Origin: an uncultured Planctomycetia bacterium
GTDB lineage: Bacteria; Omnitrophota; Gorgyraeia; Tantalellales; Tantalellaceae
Length of the DNA stretch: 64,000 bases
Assembly (NCBI GenBank): GCA_964527765.1
Contig: CAZGQR010000003.1
Span: 6,156-70,155 of the forward strand
Direction: 5' to 3'
The stretch's first letter is position 1; every line of letters begins with the position of its first letter. The notes beneath the pieces were generated by a model that saw only the letters and a list, made by a program, of their open reading frames with translations, did no database searches and was not told the DNA's origin. This document shows positions 52,001 to 60,569 of the stretch, one piece after another. Both the position numbers and the translations under genes were made by a program.

Positions 52001-54134
52001 TTTTCGTCTTGAACCATTGCCGCCCCCGGGACAAGATCTCCACATAGTCCATATCCCTGACCAGCCTGGTCAGGGCCATTCCCGCGCTTCCCCCTGTTTT
52101 ATCCAGGGAAACCCCCTCTTTCACCGCCAGGGCGATATCCCTTATCCCTTTTCCGTTATCCAGGGCGACTACCTCTACACCTCTGCCTTTTTTCTCGCTG
52201 TATATCCCGCGTGCCAGGAGCACCCCGAATCCGGTTACCACATGCTGTTCCACGTTTTCCGCCAGGCCCACAAGAGACCTGATCACCTTGGAAGCTTTTA
52301 TGTCGCTCAGGCCTAAATTTTTTACCAGACCGGGGATATTTGTCTTTTCCACAATCGCTACCGCTTCTGACGGCTTCATGCTCAACAGTTTCTCGATCTT
52401 TCTCCTGCCCCGCCTGCCGACAAAAAGAGCCCACCTGAACCCGTAAAAACTTTCAAGAACGCACAAACTTTCCTTGAGAGCTTCTTCGTTCATATCACAC
52501 AACGCCTGCCAGGCCCTGCCTATCAGGTCCTCAGTCGGTATGATTTCTTCCGGCGCGGTCGCGGCATCCCTCGCGGCGAAGGGCTTCTGCCTTATCCTCA
52601 GGTCCCAGCCATAACCGCTGCTGTTCCCCGCCAGGAACGCCGGCACCATCAGCGTAAGCAGGATCCGGTGCTTGATATCCTCGATCTCGGGGTCCTTGAT
52701 CTCCTTAAGAGAGATCGGAAAGTCAGGGCCTTTGTCAAAATAGGCCATGTCCTCCGGGACACACACGTAATCGTCCGTAATAAGGTACCCGCCCGGTCTC
52801 ATTTGTTCGTAGATGCGGCATATGAAACTGCCCCATCCTTTTTCATAGTCCTTGGCGGTTTCATTGGCGGCTCTCTGATAATAAATATCGATCCTTTCCC
52901 CTTCGAGCATTTCTTCATATTGGCGGGGCCTGGTGATATCGGCATTTATGAACGTTATCGAATAGGTCTGTTCCTTTGCGCCCCTGTACTGCCAGTCAAA
53001 CGTTATGCGGGGATGGCCTTGATCCGAATCGACCTTCACCGTCGAAAGATCCACCCCTATCGCTTTCAGCTCAAAAGCGATCGCCGCGGTGATCTTTCTC
53101 CTGTTCTGAAGCGTCCCGCCGTTGGCGAAACCCCACTTGAATTTTTCGCAGTAAAGATCGGCGTTGAAATATTTTCTCAGGTATTCTTCGGGACCATCGT
53201 CCTTAAAGCACTTCTTGAGTTCCGATTCCGAAAGCTGATAGAAAATGCCGCTATAATCCGAGATGAAATATCCCCTGGTCGCGTTGGTCGAAAGAAGAAA
53301 GTTCGAGATGTCGGCGCCGGCGGCGCCGTAAACCGCCGTCAGGGGCCTGTTGTCCGGGTTCACGAATCTCTTTATCGCCATGCCGTGCTCGACATGCATT
53401 CTCTGGAGAAGGCCCGCATTGATCGGGCGATAGTCGATCTGTTTCTTCCCATCAAGGGGTGAAGTTTTTTCCGTCTCCGGAAGCGAGGCTTCTTCCGCCC
53501 GCGGGAACGGGGTTTTCCCCCGGTCTTTTTGTCCGGCTGAGATACCTTTTTCCGGCACGATCCGGGAAGATATGGCGCCCCACCCTTCACACATGATCTT
53601 TGCATCCCCGATCTCGATGGGTATTGCGGCTCCGCCGCGAGATTCAAGCGGTTCATCTCCCGGCAAGTAATAGCGGAGGGTCACCGTTTCGGGGCTTCCT
53701 TCTCTCTTGTAGGGCAGGCAAAAAGTGTTTCCTTCTTTATGCAATTCCTGCCATTTAAAGCTTTCGAAATCTATATGCGAGATGTGCTTCTTAAGAAGTT
53801 TTTCCCTGAGGCCATCCGCGCTTATCATGCTTCCGGACTGGGCCAGCACCTGCCCTATTAAAATGCTGAGATAAATGAACCCGGCATCCTCCTGGAAATC
53901 TTCTTTGGCTCTCGATCCCGCCGCTTCATTTTCATTAACAATGACCTGGCCGCTCTCGCGCACTTTCACGCTGATGATGGGGCTGAGTCTCGAAGGAGGA
54001 GAAAGGGTGTGGACGCTTTCCCGCGCCGCGCCGGGCTCGAGCGCGTAGGAAATGTTGCTGAAAACGAACAGGCATATTATGCCCGCCGATACGGCCTTGA
54101 ACCACAACTTGTGCGTATTGAAATATCTTTCCAT
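43020..54134 (-). CDS. giant multidomain protein (3704 aa), function unknown
   Basis: A single uninterrupted 11.1-kb ORF. The N-terminus is a signal peptide or signal anchor. Motif-level evidence supports GHKL kinase, SAM methyltransferase, wHTH, kinase-like, ECF sigma, class II nucleotidyltransferase and duplicated modules; see findings. Confidence 0.85.
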   Translation of the reverse strand: MERYFNTHKLWFKAVSAGIICLFVFSNISYALEPGAARESVHTLSPPSRLSPIISVKVRESGQVIVNENEAAGSRAKEDFQEDAGFIYLSILIGQVLAQSGSMISADGLREKLLKKHISHIDFESFKWQELHKEGNTFCLPYKREGSPETVTLRYYLPGDEPLESRGGAAIPIEIGDAKIMCEGWGAISSRIVPEKGISAGQKDRGKTPFPRAEEASLPETEKTSPLDGKKQIDYRPINAGLLQRMHVEHGMAIKRFVNPDNRPLTAVYGAAGADISNFLLSTNATRGYFISDYSGIFYQLSESELKKCFKDDGPEEYLRKYFNADLYCEKFKWGFANGGTLQNRRKITAAIAFELKAIGVDLSTVKVDSDQGHPRITFDWQYRGAKEQTYSITFINADITRPRQYEEMLEGERIDIYYQRAANETAKDYEKGWGSFICRIYEQMRPGGYLITDDYVCVPEDMAYFDKGPDFPISLKEIKDPEIEDIKHRILLTLMVPAFLAGNSSGYGWDLRIRQKPFAARDAATAPEEIIPTEDLIGRAWQALCDMNEEALKESLCVLESFYGFRWALFVGRRGRRKIEKLLSMKPSEAVAIVEKTNIPGLVKNLGLSDIKASKVIRSLVGLAENVEQHVVTGFGVLLARGIYSEKKGRGVEVVALDNGKGIRDIALAVKEGVSLDKTGGSAGMALTRLVRDMDYVEILSRGRQWFKTKKARDAEMEHGGTKVVARKWAGIKRKAPDPAGPVFELEMPGIITEAHEDFVSGEIRKFIKSIEEVPEGKRVSIDDVLNELARNIMEHGRGGVIRVYAGRDKSGAITGLKIVAVDNGEGLTRDPNELVRDSIKAAEGALRGFGFKRIAFDPDHVVIESKGRKAYGEKWTGISTDENAGLWFAQSGTSDITAGTMITLEFHLIQPPAEFSEVASRIFRALGIVPAKLEWRREKGFDIAEVPLEKLNSYAIRTAFRVLEKDELEGALSIVNHNDKPLFLSLQRTGKDPVVIDLSVYYGDSDKRKAESAKKRKKKLFPDFWPRVLKSAYAYAMFDNSGELIEIKSAPPTDGKAYPPGMTVLSIPVLPGVYTGVNPSSEVSAKAALKYAKPGMKVLVIGTGSGLEARIAAEKGAFVDAVDIKEMAVENTKLTCSLGGAGSRVNAFRNDLFDGLGQYDLIIFNMPHITMPHGSSVDLGTGLITPDDRNVKDFGEAVLKRVAANIAEHMTDGGKAVLVNSYLKYVEELLSEKTGLAVSADSFGLVSNSRAYIISKEKARSGRGDGLQREDPPAEGSPCSMFEILRAKEGFAFAEQIRLETKGGMPDGHLSLEVVKRDLGTLVFLGLVEKDGEGDYAIFRAMELSPAGWEIAEPVLKKLGPRPSAGEKRAAKERLRRRLFSIITLSAAPPEKDVQAVRKAVSRVPRIRNFERDFKFTGLIKTGNSVLRKYEYVGEDKILTNAIELKKGNYYITKDSTLYGHRHGNLEIFLLPQVEILSFINPANTNPCLPKFIGLVPTDGMDGFSSKKVPLFEFIDGRTLEDHARALRLRPLRAVESAFLDLAEKTLKGYRQTYLNNGYVHGDIDPTAIMAVEDNGALKRVVYVDNDTVTPLDKGGRINKIRKWFTKGYYMSGDRINRVKAEDTPTRELCLPRDDVYALCVTLLESIKSTFRKLPDKKRRKPTRKINKLVRALKKYKELSEKENAGDRLLTELIKEVDGIMIGKKRPEPGAVPPTSEGSPYNTFEILRAENRFISAQDIAGKSGLSMEHTIKRDLGVLDRLGLVERKGSGRGAVYRAMVLKPVELEIVTSILKDLGAKPASAETKAAREKLEKGGIIIGPDTVLEEFRKKKIRWPRVMKEARRHLVEILAREAGKKSGEVDTVDLAKQLEAFGGKSLSGLLTFYVRMNGLSGRGSFHRALRIIKKHLGIRNLLPLRRKELRFTEDSWSKTKELLHRYRGYEDLPHGLEKFVKRHFGSLTNADIVALALDAETGNKASFVALHAVCKHAVQGVMNNHKDDIGDHGLSDLLNDVLMKTVLAFGDHKHEIFVPYFQAAFQNALMDHYRRLKRNREVSLTGPIKEDADHIFRRGRLTALTDEEIKELLDLLKEVLPDTRHKERDIQIFKEKYFDDDTTRELMDRYGMSESSVLGVCKNIIDRIAKNTRLKKAFSAIMPGNAGPDGFIWQGVYPLKEFLSRLDDIKKNDITDEYRDRIVRLSGMIDLPQLEIPQYERISLKGLLEGLRKGKTRIYGFESIVNGPDDFFLGRNDEGEELFFATDVITELENRGSPAIVDEYLLHELLCPFLGHYNAILVQQDLFPDNYPDKRKLQEQLKFTPYKGLLGKALRDIIEERLSGRSGLDQGEFEKKYIVSRHAQPPEDLSVLDSVVVTKEEAESPLRRPTVDAKNRKAMEMFKALSPGDAREPIGFDPGVAPVVPQDFRNRAQLAEFLFGELVKNMQEFVSLAQPEADFYFRIEKVKRADGTVGVRIMAVDRGRGIPVPDAFEKPRVRRKYVSPESTLESVRGVFLSGLRRLGRIDDITVEGASRGKGVRYYHDPAGNHADLFESDPNETKISVTMFPSQQFETPISHQPEEKEKAQEREEGAVSTFVMGAKSGDRIKIWIEPADSDEVHQLIQGEYTKMFRWFTQFMKKDDQWKNVDEKYKVLKAYTAKGILEALCVYEMDREGRYGLGPGVCIKILEVARHNTEREKEGRKLRGVGRRMVESLINISLREGGEGRVFIRPQARRAFFKIIGMQTTHSPDFLEWFIFEPDKAWEFAATLDEEIELQREEFLTRPRKLPLMERKDLGHGSRFRIDELPEGIVKTFLQFLRRNDLSRIIIYGGAVRSLLLNKTPSDFDIVIEKEAIQEKTGVNTWDTMSDLAFALSKAGNRIEVEDIPYRLFEKAFLNFRGFPIDVLGVLDEEGNIEPDPMADLSMNRIGFKIVGDEIELIDIHGGIADFKRKAARLVGKKTGEKEKIAPENLHMPQFLRAVQFIDLFDLELTPQTKKLIKECAETYQWEEDPYMKERLEDTLTLIFRFSRNQKATFDLMKELGLVSKLREFGIEPNDFVIKYGPNGMVPFEGPVTVPNLPLPQPEEDNLRADDETAGARGKFRSQLSETRQNDITGQYKDKIISLFKDALKGEELSHEDRSRLQDQLEKLKEYKIYGFKSIMESPDDFILYRNDAEAGELFLATDVIAWLQNHGPPELVDEYLFRTIASPDESKLYEGRLGRSLCNIINWEVTEITQAGAAELDEALSVHNESWVRSKFLQLTKEQMRHLIRQKMVYLLKIKGIEKPVRGVLLTYPLNTGGELAKIEEYPLWDNMFSGKSGKGPFDTLLFWAIGSSKDDATRNINLGQMFIDKAKAHFDDVPYISTFSPAVGFDGFREELEKKGIPEKIIEKYGIFLYLVSLRGGGYETYLRRIAEEGFILPEEFFKEEKAKARDLVENFHVVKNKAVIAAVLPRKEGYTRPDALFTIMYGYKGFKNDVKGFRQLKEWRSIMPPSSERAKAEDREKEHAIDRDAKIAQDFIDTAIVRAFERKKPGEKVIFALGTDWIRGYEKKGSLQHQVLNRLIMALRGFCKSQNIIFIDREDKDLLTAVKTEKAKKGNEDAKVIVLSHENTVTSGEFEALRKDKDIFLAGVDNRNLTENTYSYIMEMLTLAFELAFDPGIDSGDFGITVKKDERFPDIYIFILPKAIPVEFEELRERYRTQETKIRTAA

Positions 54135-54231
54135 GCTCTCCCTGTAGTATTTGACTGTAACAGTATCTATATATACAGTTTTTAGGGGCTACCTTTATAA
54201 TAAATAAAATCAGGACAAATAATAGTAAAGG

Positions 54232-54261
54232 ATTATAACACACAAAAGTTAGTTAAGTCAA
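54232..54261 (-). promoter_or_regulatory. candidate promoter TTGACT-N18-TATAAT for the giant ORF
   Basis: Read on the minus strand about 95 nt upstream of the ATG at 54134. A GGGAG RBS lies 3 nt before the ATG. Confidence 0.4.
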
Positions 54262-54342
54262 TAAAAATCTTGAATTTCCCCCTGCCCGTGCGGTCCCCGG
54301 TTGAATCTTGTAAAAGATCATCGGGCGTGTTAACATACCTAC

Positions 54343-55287
54343 GTGGAAAGTGAACGTAAGCGCATCATATGCTGCGGGAATATAGCTTTTGACCTCATCA
54401 CTACAGGCAAAGACATGGGTGGAATGATTTTCGAGGCCAGGCCGGGAGGGTCTGTCCTCAACACGGCCATCCTCCTGGCCCGGCTGGGGCTCTCCGTGTC
54501 TATGCTGTCAAAGGCGGGAAAAAATTTTCTCGGTGATACTCTTCTGAGGATCATGCGGGCGGAAGGGCTTGAAACAAAATACACCGTGCAGAAAAAAGAC
54601 TTTAAGACAGGGCTTGCGATCGCCCGGATCGATAAAAAAGGAGATTCCTCCTACCTCTTCTACAAACCATACGGAAAACAAAATCTGCTCAAAAAGGAAA
54701 AGCTTCCCTGTTCCCTGTTTAAAAAAGCGGATGTTTTCCACGCGGGCTCCACCTATTCATATAACGACCATACATTTGAAGAGACCCTTGAGTCCATGAA
54801 GCGCGCAAAAAAGGAAGCTGTTTTTATCACCTACGATCCCAACTGGCGCGAGTTCAGGATAAAAGATAAGAAAAAGACCCGCGCGCGCATCCGCAAACTG
54901 CTCACCTTCGTCGACCTGCTTAAGCTCAGTGAGACGGATGCTCTCGGCATCACCGGATCAAGAACGCTCCCCGGCGCTCTCCGGCGTCTGCCCGAAAACA
55001 CTATTGTCACTCTCGGGGATAAGGGTTCTTTTTTCTGGGACGGAAAGAAAAAAACATATCACCCGGCATTTAAGGTCCGGGTCGTGGATACCATAGGGGC
55101 GGGTGACGGCTTCACGGCCGGCATTATACACAGGTATTGCGCAAGGGGCATGGAAGCGTTCCGGAAAGAAAAAAGAGAGACCCTCGCTTTCGCTTCAGCG
55201 GTGTCGGCCCTGGTCTGCAGGGGCAGGGGCGCCGCGGAAGGCTTGCGGAGCCTGCAACAGGTTAAAAGATTCCTCAGATCGCGCTGA
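54343..55287 (+). CDS. PfkB-family carbohydrate kinase (fructokinase/ribokinase-like)
   Basis: N-terminal GG motif region (IICCGNIAFDLI) and C-terminal DTIGAGDGFTAG. The start appears to be GTG. Confidence 0.75.
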   Translation: MESERKRIICCGNIAFDLITTGKDMGGMIFEARPGGSVLNTAILLARLGLSVSMLSKAGKNFLGDTLLRIMRAEGLETKYTVQKKDFKTGLAIARIDKKGDSSYLFYKPYGKQNLLKKEKLPCSLFKKADVFHAGSTYSYNDHTFEETLESMKRAKKEAVFITYDPNWREFRIKDKKKTRARIRKLLTFVDLLKLSETDALGITGSRTLPGALRRLPENTIVTLGDKGSFFWDGKKKTYHPAFKVRVVDTIGAGDGFTAGIIHRYCARGMEAFRKEKRETLAFASAVSALVCRGRGAAEGLRSLQQVKRFLRSR

Positions 55288-55785
55288 TTAAACGAGGTCT
55301 ATCATCCAGGATTTCAGGATCTTCTGTATGGTCGAGATCACGATGATCCCGGCCAGGATCATGATGATCGTGTGAAAGGTCCAATCATTTATCACAAATC
55401 CAAGAGCGATCCCGGCGGCGGGAGCGTGTTCCGTATTTGTTACGGACATCAGGAATATGGCCAGGCCGACAGCCGCCCCGCCGGCTAAGACATGCATAAG
55501 CACTTGTATCAGATAAAGTTCTACAGGAAAAACCGTGAGGTAGTGGATCGAAGCGCCTACTGCCACGCCGATGACATACCCGCCAATAAGATACCTGGGG
55601 CCGGAGATCTTGTGATGCGGCATGGCAAAAGCTACAAGCGTGCTGGCCCCGAACGACGCTATAATAGCGGGGTGATGGACGACATCAAAAAGCAGTAAGG
55701 CCGCAACGACCGCGAGCCCTCCCAGGGCCGACTGAATAATATACCGGGATTTATTGTTCCGGAATTTCTCATCAAAAAACCGCAC
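55288..55785 (-). CDS. HPP-family integral membrane protein
   Basis: Four TM helices and an HPP-like motif (MPHHKISGPR). Confidence 0.55.
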   Translation of the reverse strand: MRFFDEKFRNNKSRYIIQSALGGLAVVAALLLFDVVHHPAIIASFGASTLVAFAMPHHKISGPRYLIGGYVIGVAVGASIHYLTVFPVELYLIQVLMHVLAGGAAVGLAIFLMSVTNTEHAPAAGIALGFVINDWTFHTIIMILAGIIVISTIQKILKSWMIDLV

Positions 55786-55787
55786 TG

Positions 55788-57340
<1,553 letters not shown>

Positions 57341-57946
57341 TCAGTCCAGAACCCTGACCTTCCTGCCCTCTATCTTGAGTTTTCCCCGGACAAAAAGACG
57401 TACGGCTTCCGGATACAGTTTATGTTCCTCGGCATGGATCTTTTCCTCCAAAGCATCGAGAGTGTCGTTCTCTTCGACGCGCACGCATGACTGCAATATC
57501 ACCGGGCCCGCGTCCAGGTCGCTTTCCACGAAATGCACCGTTACGCCCGTGACCTTCACCCCGCACTCGAACGCGTCTTTTATGCCGCTCGTCCCCTTGA
57601 ACGACGGCAGAAGCGCGGGATGTATGTTAAGTATCCTGTCTTTATATTCTTCAATAAAAGAGTCGCTGAGTATCCGCATGAACCCGGCGAGTACGACCAG
57701 TTCTATTTTGTCTTCCTTGAGGCGCCGCAACACCGCCTTGTCATACTCATCGCGCGATCCGAACTTTGCCGCTTCCAGGACAAAGGTCTTGATCCCGGCT
57801 TTGCGGGCGCGTTCCAGGGCAAAGGCTCCCGGCTGATCGCTTACCACAAGGACCACCCGGCCCCCCGCCAGTTCTTTTCCTGCTTCCGCGTCAATGAGCG
57901 CCTGGAGGTTGGTCCCGTTTCCCGATACAAATACAGCTATGTTCAT
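57341..57946 (-). CDS. purN: phosphoribosylglycinamide formyltransferase
   Basis: MNIAVFVSGNGTNLQA...NIHPALLP. Confidence 0.85.
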   Translation of the reverse strand: MNIAVFVSGNGTNLQALIDAEAGKELAGGRVVLVVSDQPGAFALERARKAGIKTFVLEAAKFGSRDEYDKAVLRRLKEDKIELVVLAGFMRILSDSFIEEYKDRILNIHPALLPSFKGTSGIKDAFECGVKVTGVTVHFVESDLDAGPVILQSCVRVEENDTLDALEEKIHAEEHKLYPEAVRLFVRGKLKIEGRKVRVLD

Positions 57947-57951
57947 GGCAC

Positions 57952-58758
57952 CTATATCTCCTTGATGACTTTTGTCGGGCATTTACCCGCTACTTTTCTC
58001 ACCTTCTCATGATCGCCCTGTTTTGAATAATCCGCGCGCGAAAGGTTGTCCGTAACCTTGAAAAAGCCCTCCGGCGACAGTTTTTCACATATGCCGCAGG
58101 CGATGCATCCCACGGCGCAGATCTGCCTCACCCTGACAGCACCGTCATGAGTGCTGCATGCCACGTAAAAAAGCTTCTCATTCTTTTTCTCCTGCATGCT
58201 GATTATGCCCCGGGGGCAGGCTTCAGCGCACTTGCCGCAACCCGTGCATTTTTTCTGGTCGACTACCGGAAGTCCGTTCTCCATATGAAGAGCATCGAAG
58301 GGGCATACCAGCGCGCAATCGCCGAACCCCATGCATCCGTATTCACATTCCATTCCGGCACCGAAGGCAAGGTTTGCCGCGCCGCAGGTGCGCACTCCCT
58401 TATAATCAGCCACCGGTTTCTTGTCTTTCCACTCGGCCGCGCAATGCACGAGCGGGATCTTGGGATGCCGTTCCTCCCCCTCCTTGCCGAGAAACTTAAG
58501 CAGCTGTTCCATGGCTTCCTCGCCCATTACCCTGCACTTCGCGGGATCCTCGCCGTCCTTGACGATGTGCTCGGCGAAATCATGACAGTTCACATACCCG
58601 CACGCCCCGCAGTTGACGTGGGGAAGATGACCGAGCACCTCGGCGATCTTGGGATCTTCTTCCACTTTCAGTTTCTTGTCGGCGAACCCCAGGAGAGAAG
58701 CGAAAAGGGCTGCCATTCCCGCCATGCTGAATATCGACGCTAGCATCAAATTATCCAT
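57952..58758 (-). CDS. rnfB: Rnf complex subunit B (polyferredoxin)
   Basis: N-terminal TM helix, the CGACGYVNC cluster, and two 4Fe-4S ferredoxin motifs (CxxCxxCxxxCP). Confidence 0.8.
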   Translation of the reverse strand: MDNLMLASIFSMAGMAALFASLLGFADKKLKVEEDPKIAEVLGHLPHVNCGACGYVNCHDFAEHIVKDGEDPAKCRVMGEEAMEQLLKFLGKEGEERHPKIPLVHCAAEWKDKKPVADYKGVRTCGAANLAFGAGMECEYGCMGFGDCALVCPFDALHMENGLPVVDQKKCTGCGKCAEACPRGIISMQEKKNEKLFYVACSTHDGAVRVRQICAVGCIACGICEKLSPEGFFKVTDNLSRADYSKQGDHEKVRKVAGKCPTKVIKEI

Positions 58759-58776
58759 GTTCTCCTAACCGCGCGT

Positions 58777-59370
58777 TCATCTGCTGATTATCCCGCCGAA
58801 CCCCATGAACGCAAGGGCGAGCATCCCGGCCAGTATAAGCGTTATTCCTGTTCCTTTAAGCGCTTCGGGTATGTCGGCAAAATCAAGCTCTTCGCGGATC
58901 CCGGCCATGACCACGAGGGCCAGCGTGAATCCGATCCCCGCCCCGAGGCCAAAAACGACCGATTCCAGAAACGCATATTCCCTGAGCACCATGAAAAGAG
59001 TAAGCCCGAGAATAGCGCAATTCGTGGTTATGAGCGGCAGATATATCCCCAGCGCCCTGTAAAGCGCCGGGGATACCTTCTTGATGACCATTTCCACGAA
59101 CTGCACCAGACTCGCGATCACGATAATAAAGGCGACGTACTGCAGAAATACCAGCTTGAACGGCACAAGGATATAATAATAGATGAGCCAGGTGACGGTC
59201 GCGGCTATCGTCATGACAAATGTCGTCGCCATGCCAAGGCCTACCGCGCTTTCTATTTTGTTGGACACCCCGATAAAGGGACATATCCCCAGAAAGTACG
59301 TAAGCACGAAATTGTTCGTGATACTGGCCGCTATCAGGATCAGAATGAGTTCTTCTATTGTCCTTCCCAT
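58777..59370 (-). CDS. rnfA: Rnf complex subunit A
   Basis: Six-TM protein of the RnfA/NqrE family. Confidence 0.85.
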   Translation of the reverse strand: MGRTIEELILILIAASITNNFVLTYFLGICPFIGVSNKIESAVGLGMATTFVMTIAATVTWLIYYYILVPFKLVFLQYVAFIIVIASLVQFVEMVIKKVSPALYRALGIYLPLITTNCAILGLTLFMVLREYAFLESVVFGLGAGIGFTLALVVMAGIREELDFADIPEALKGTGITLILAGMLALAFMGFGGIISR

Positions 59371-59373
59371 CTT

Positions 59374-59985
59374 CTATGCCTGTTTTTTTGCCTTTACTTC
59401 TTTCAGTTTCTTATCCGTTATATTGAATATCCCGACAAGAAGCCCCAAAGTTATGAACGCGCCTGCCGGCAACACCATAACGATCCAGTTCGTGAAGCCC
59501 GCCCACATGACACGGTATCCAAAAATAGTCCCGGCACCGAACACTTCCCTGGCGGATCCAAGCACGATCAGCGCGCAGGTAAATCCCAGCCCCATGCCGA
59601 GGGCATCGAGAAACGACCTGAAGACACCGTGTTTCGAGGCGAACGCTTCAGCCCGGCCCAGTATGATGCAGTTAACGACTATCAAGGGAACATACGGCCC
59701 CAGGGCCTTGCTGATCTGGTAAAAATTGGCTTTAAGAAAATAGTCCGCCGCCGTCACGAATGTCGCGATGATCACCGTAAATATCGGTATCCTGACCTGC
59801 ACGGGGACAAATTTTCTTATGGCGGATACCACTACACTTGAACAAACCACGACAAACAGGGTGGCCATTCCCATGGAAAACCCGAAAAGGGCCTTGGTGG
59901 TCACGGCAAGCGTCGGGCACATACCCAGGACCTGCACGAATATCGGATTTTCACGCCATAAACCTTTTAACAGATCCCTGTACAT
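59374..59985 (-). CDS. rnfE: Rnf complex subunit E
   Basis: RnfE/NqrD family. Confidence 0.85.
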   Translation of the reverse strand: MYRDLLKGLWRENPIFVQVLGMCPTLAVTTKALFGFSMGMATLFVVVCSSVVVSAIRKFVPVQVRIPIFTVIIATFVTAADYFLKANFYQISKALGPYVPLIVVNCIILGRAEAFASKHGVFRSFLDALGMGLGFTCALIVLGSAREVFGAGTIFGYRVMWAGFTNWIVMVLPAGAFITLGLLVGIFNITDKKLKEVKAKKQA

Positions 59986-60569
59986 TATTCCCCTTTTATG
60001 GCCTTCCGGACCTCTTCTATCCTTTTATTAAGTATGTTCACCACCGCGCGCGACGAAATAGTGGCTCCCGTGATCGCCTCTATCTGATACGGCTGTTCGG
60101 GCTTGCGGTTCCTGACGTACTCTATGGGGTGCGCGAGCGAAAGGCCCACGAACTGTTTCCTGAAATCGTCGCTTGCTATTTCCGCGCCAAGGCCCGGAGT
60201 TTCCTGTGATTCCACTATCTCTATGCCTTTCATCTGAGTGAGATCGGCGTTGAGCCCGCCTATTATCTCTATAATCCCCTGATAACCGTTCCCCTTCGCC
60301 TTAAAAGCGTACCCAAGGAGTTTCCTGTCCTTATCCACGACCTTCACTATGCCCCTGGACCCCTTCTCAGCGCCCTTCATAAGACCGGCAATATCCGCGT
60401 CGGGGAACAGGCTGAGCACCGCTTGTTCGGACTCTTTATTGCGATTGTCCTTGATCTTCTGGGTGGTCAGAATGTGGACCATGACCAGGATCGCCCCCGA
60501 AAGCGCGCCGACAGCCACGAGAGCGCTTATCATCCTGACAAAATTGTTTTTGAAAATATCTTTTATCAT
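59985..60569 (-). CDS. rnfG: Rnf complex subunit G (FMN-binding)
   Basis: N-terminal TM helix and FMN-attachment motif EAITGATISS. Start set at the internal Met so that the gene overlaps the rnfD stop by 4 nt, rather than the long track ORF. Confidence 0.75.
   Translation of the reverse strand: MIKDIFKNNFVRMISALVAVGALSGAILVMVHILTTQKIKDNRNKESEQAVLSLFPDADIAGLMKGAEKGSRGIVKVVDKDRKLLGYAFKAKGNGYQGIIEIIGGLNADLTQMKGIEIVESQETPGLGAEIASDDFRKQFVGLSLAHPIEYVRNRKPEQPYQIEAITGATISSRAVVNILNKRIEEVRKAIKGE

Noticed and set aside
51198-52316. 372-aa plus-strand ORF and many other plus-strand ORFs between 43252 and 53462
   Set aside because: All lie antisense inside the giant minus-strand ORF, whose frame carries clear domain motifs. 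They are low-complexity (Arg/Pro/His/Gly-rich) artefacts.
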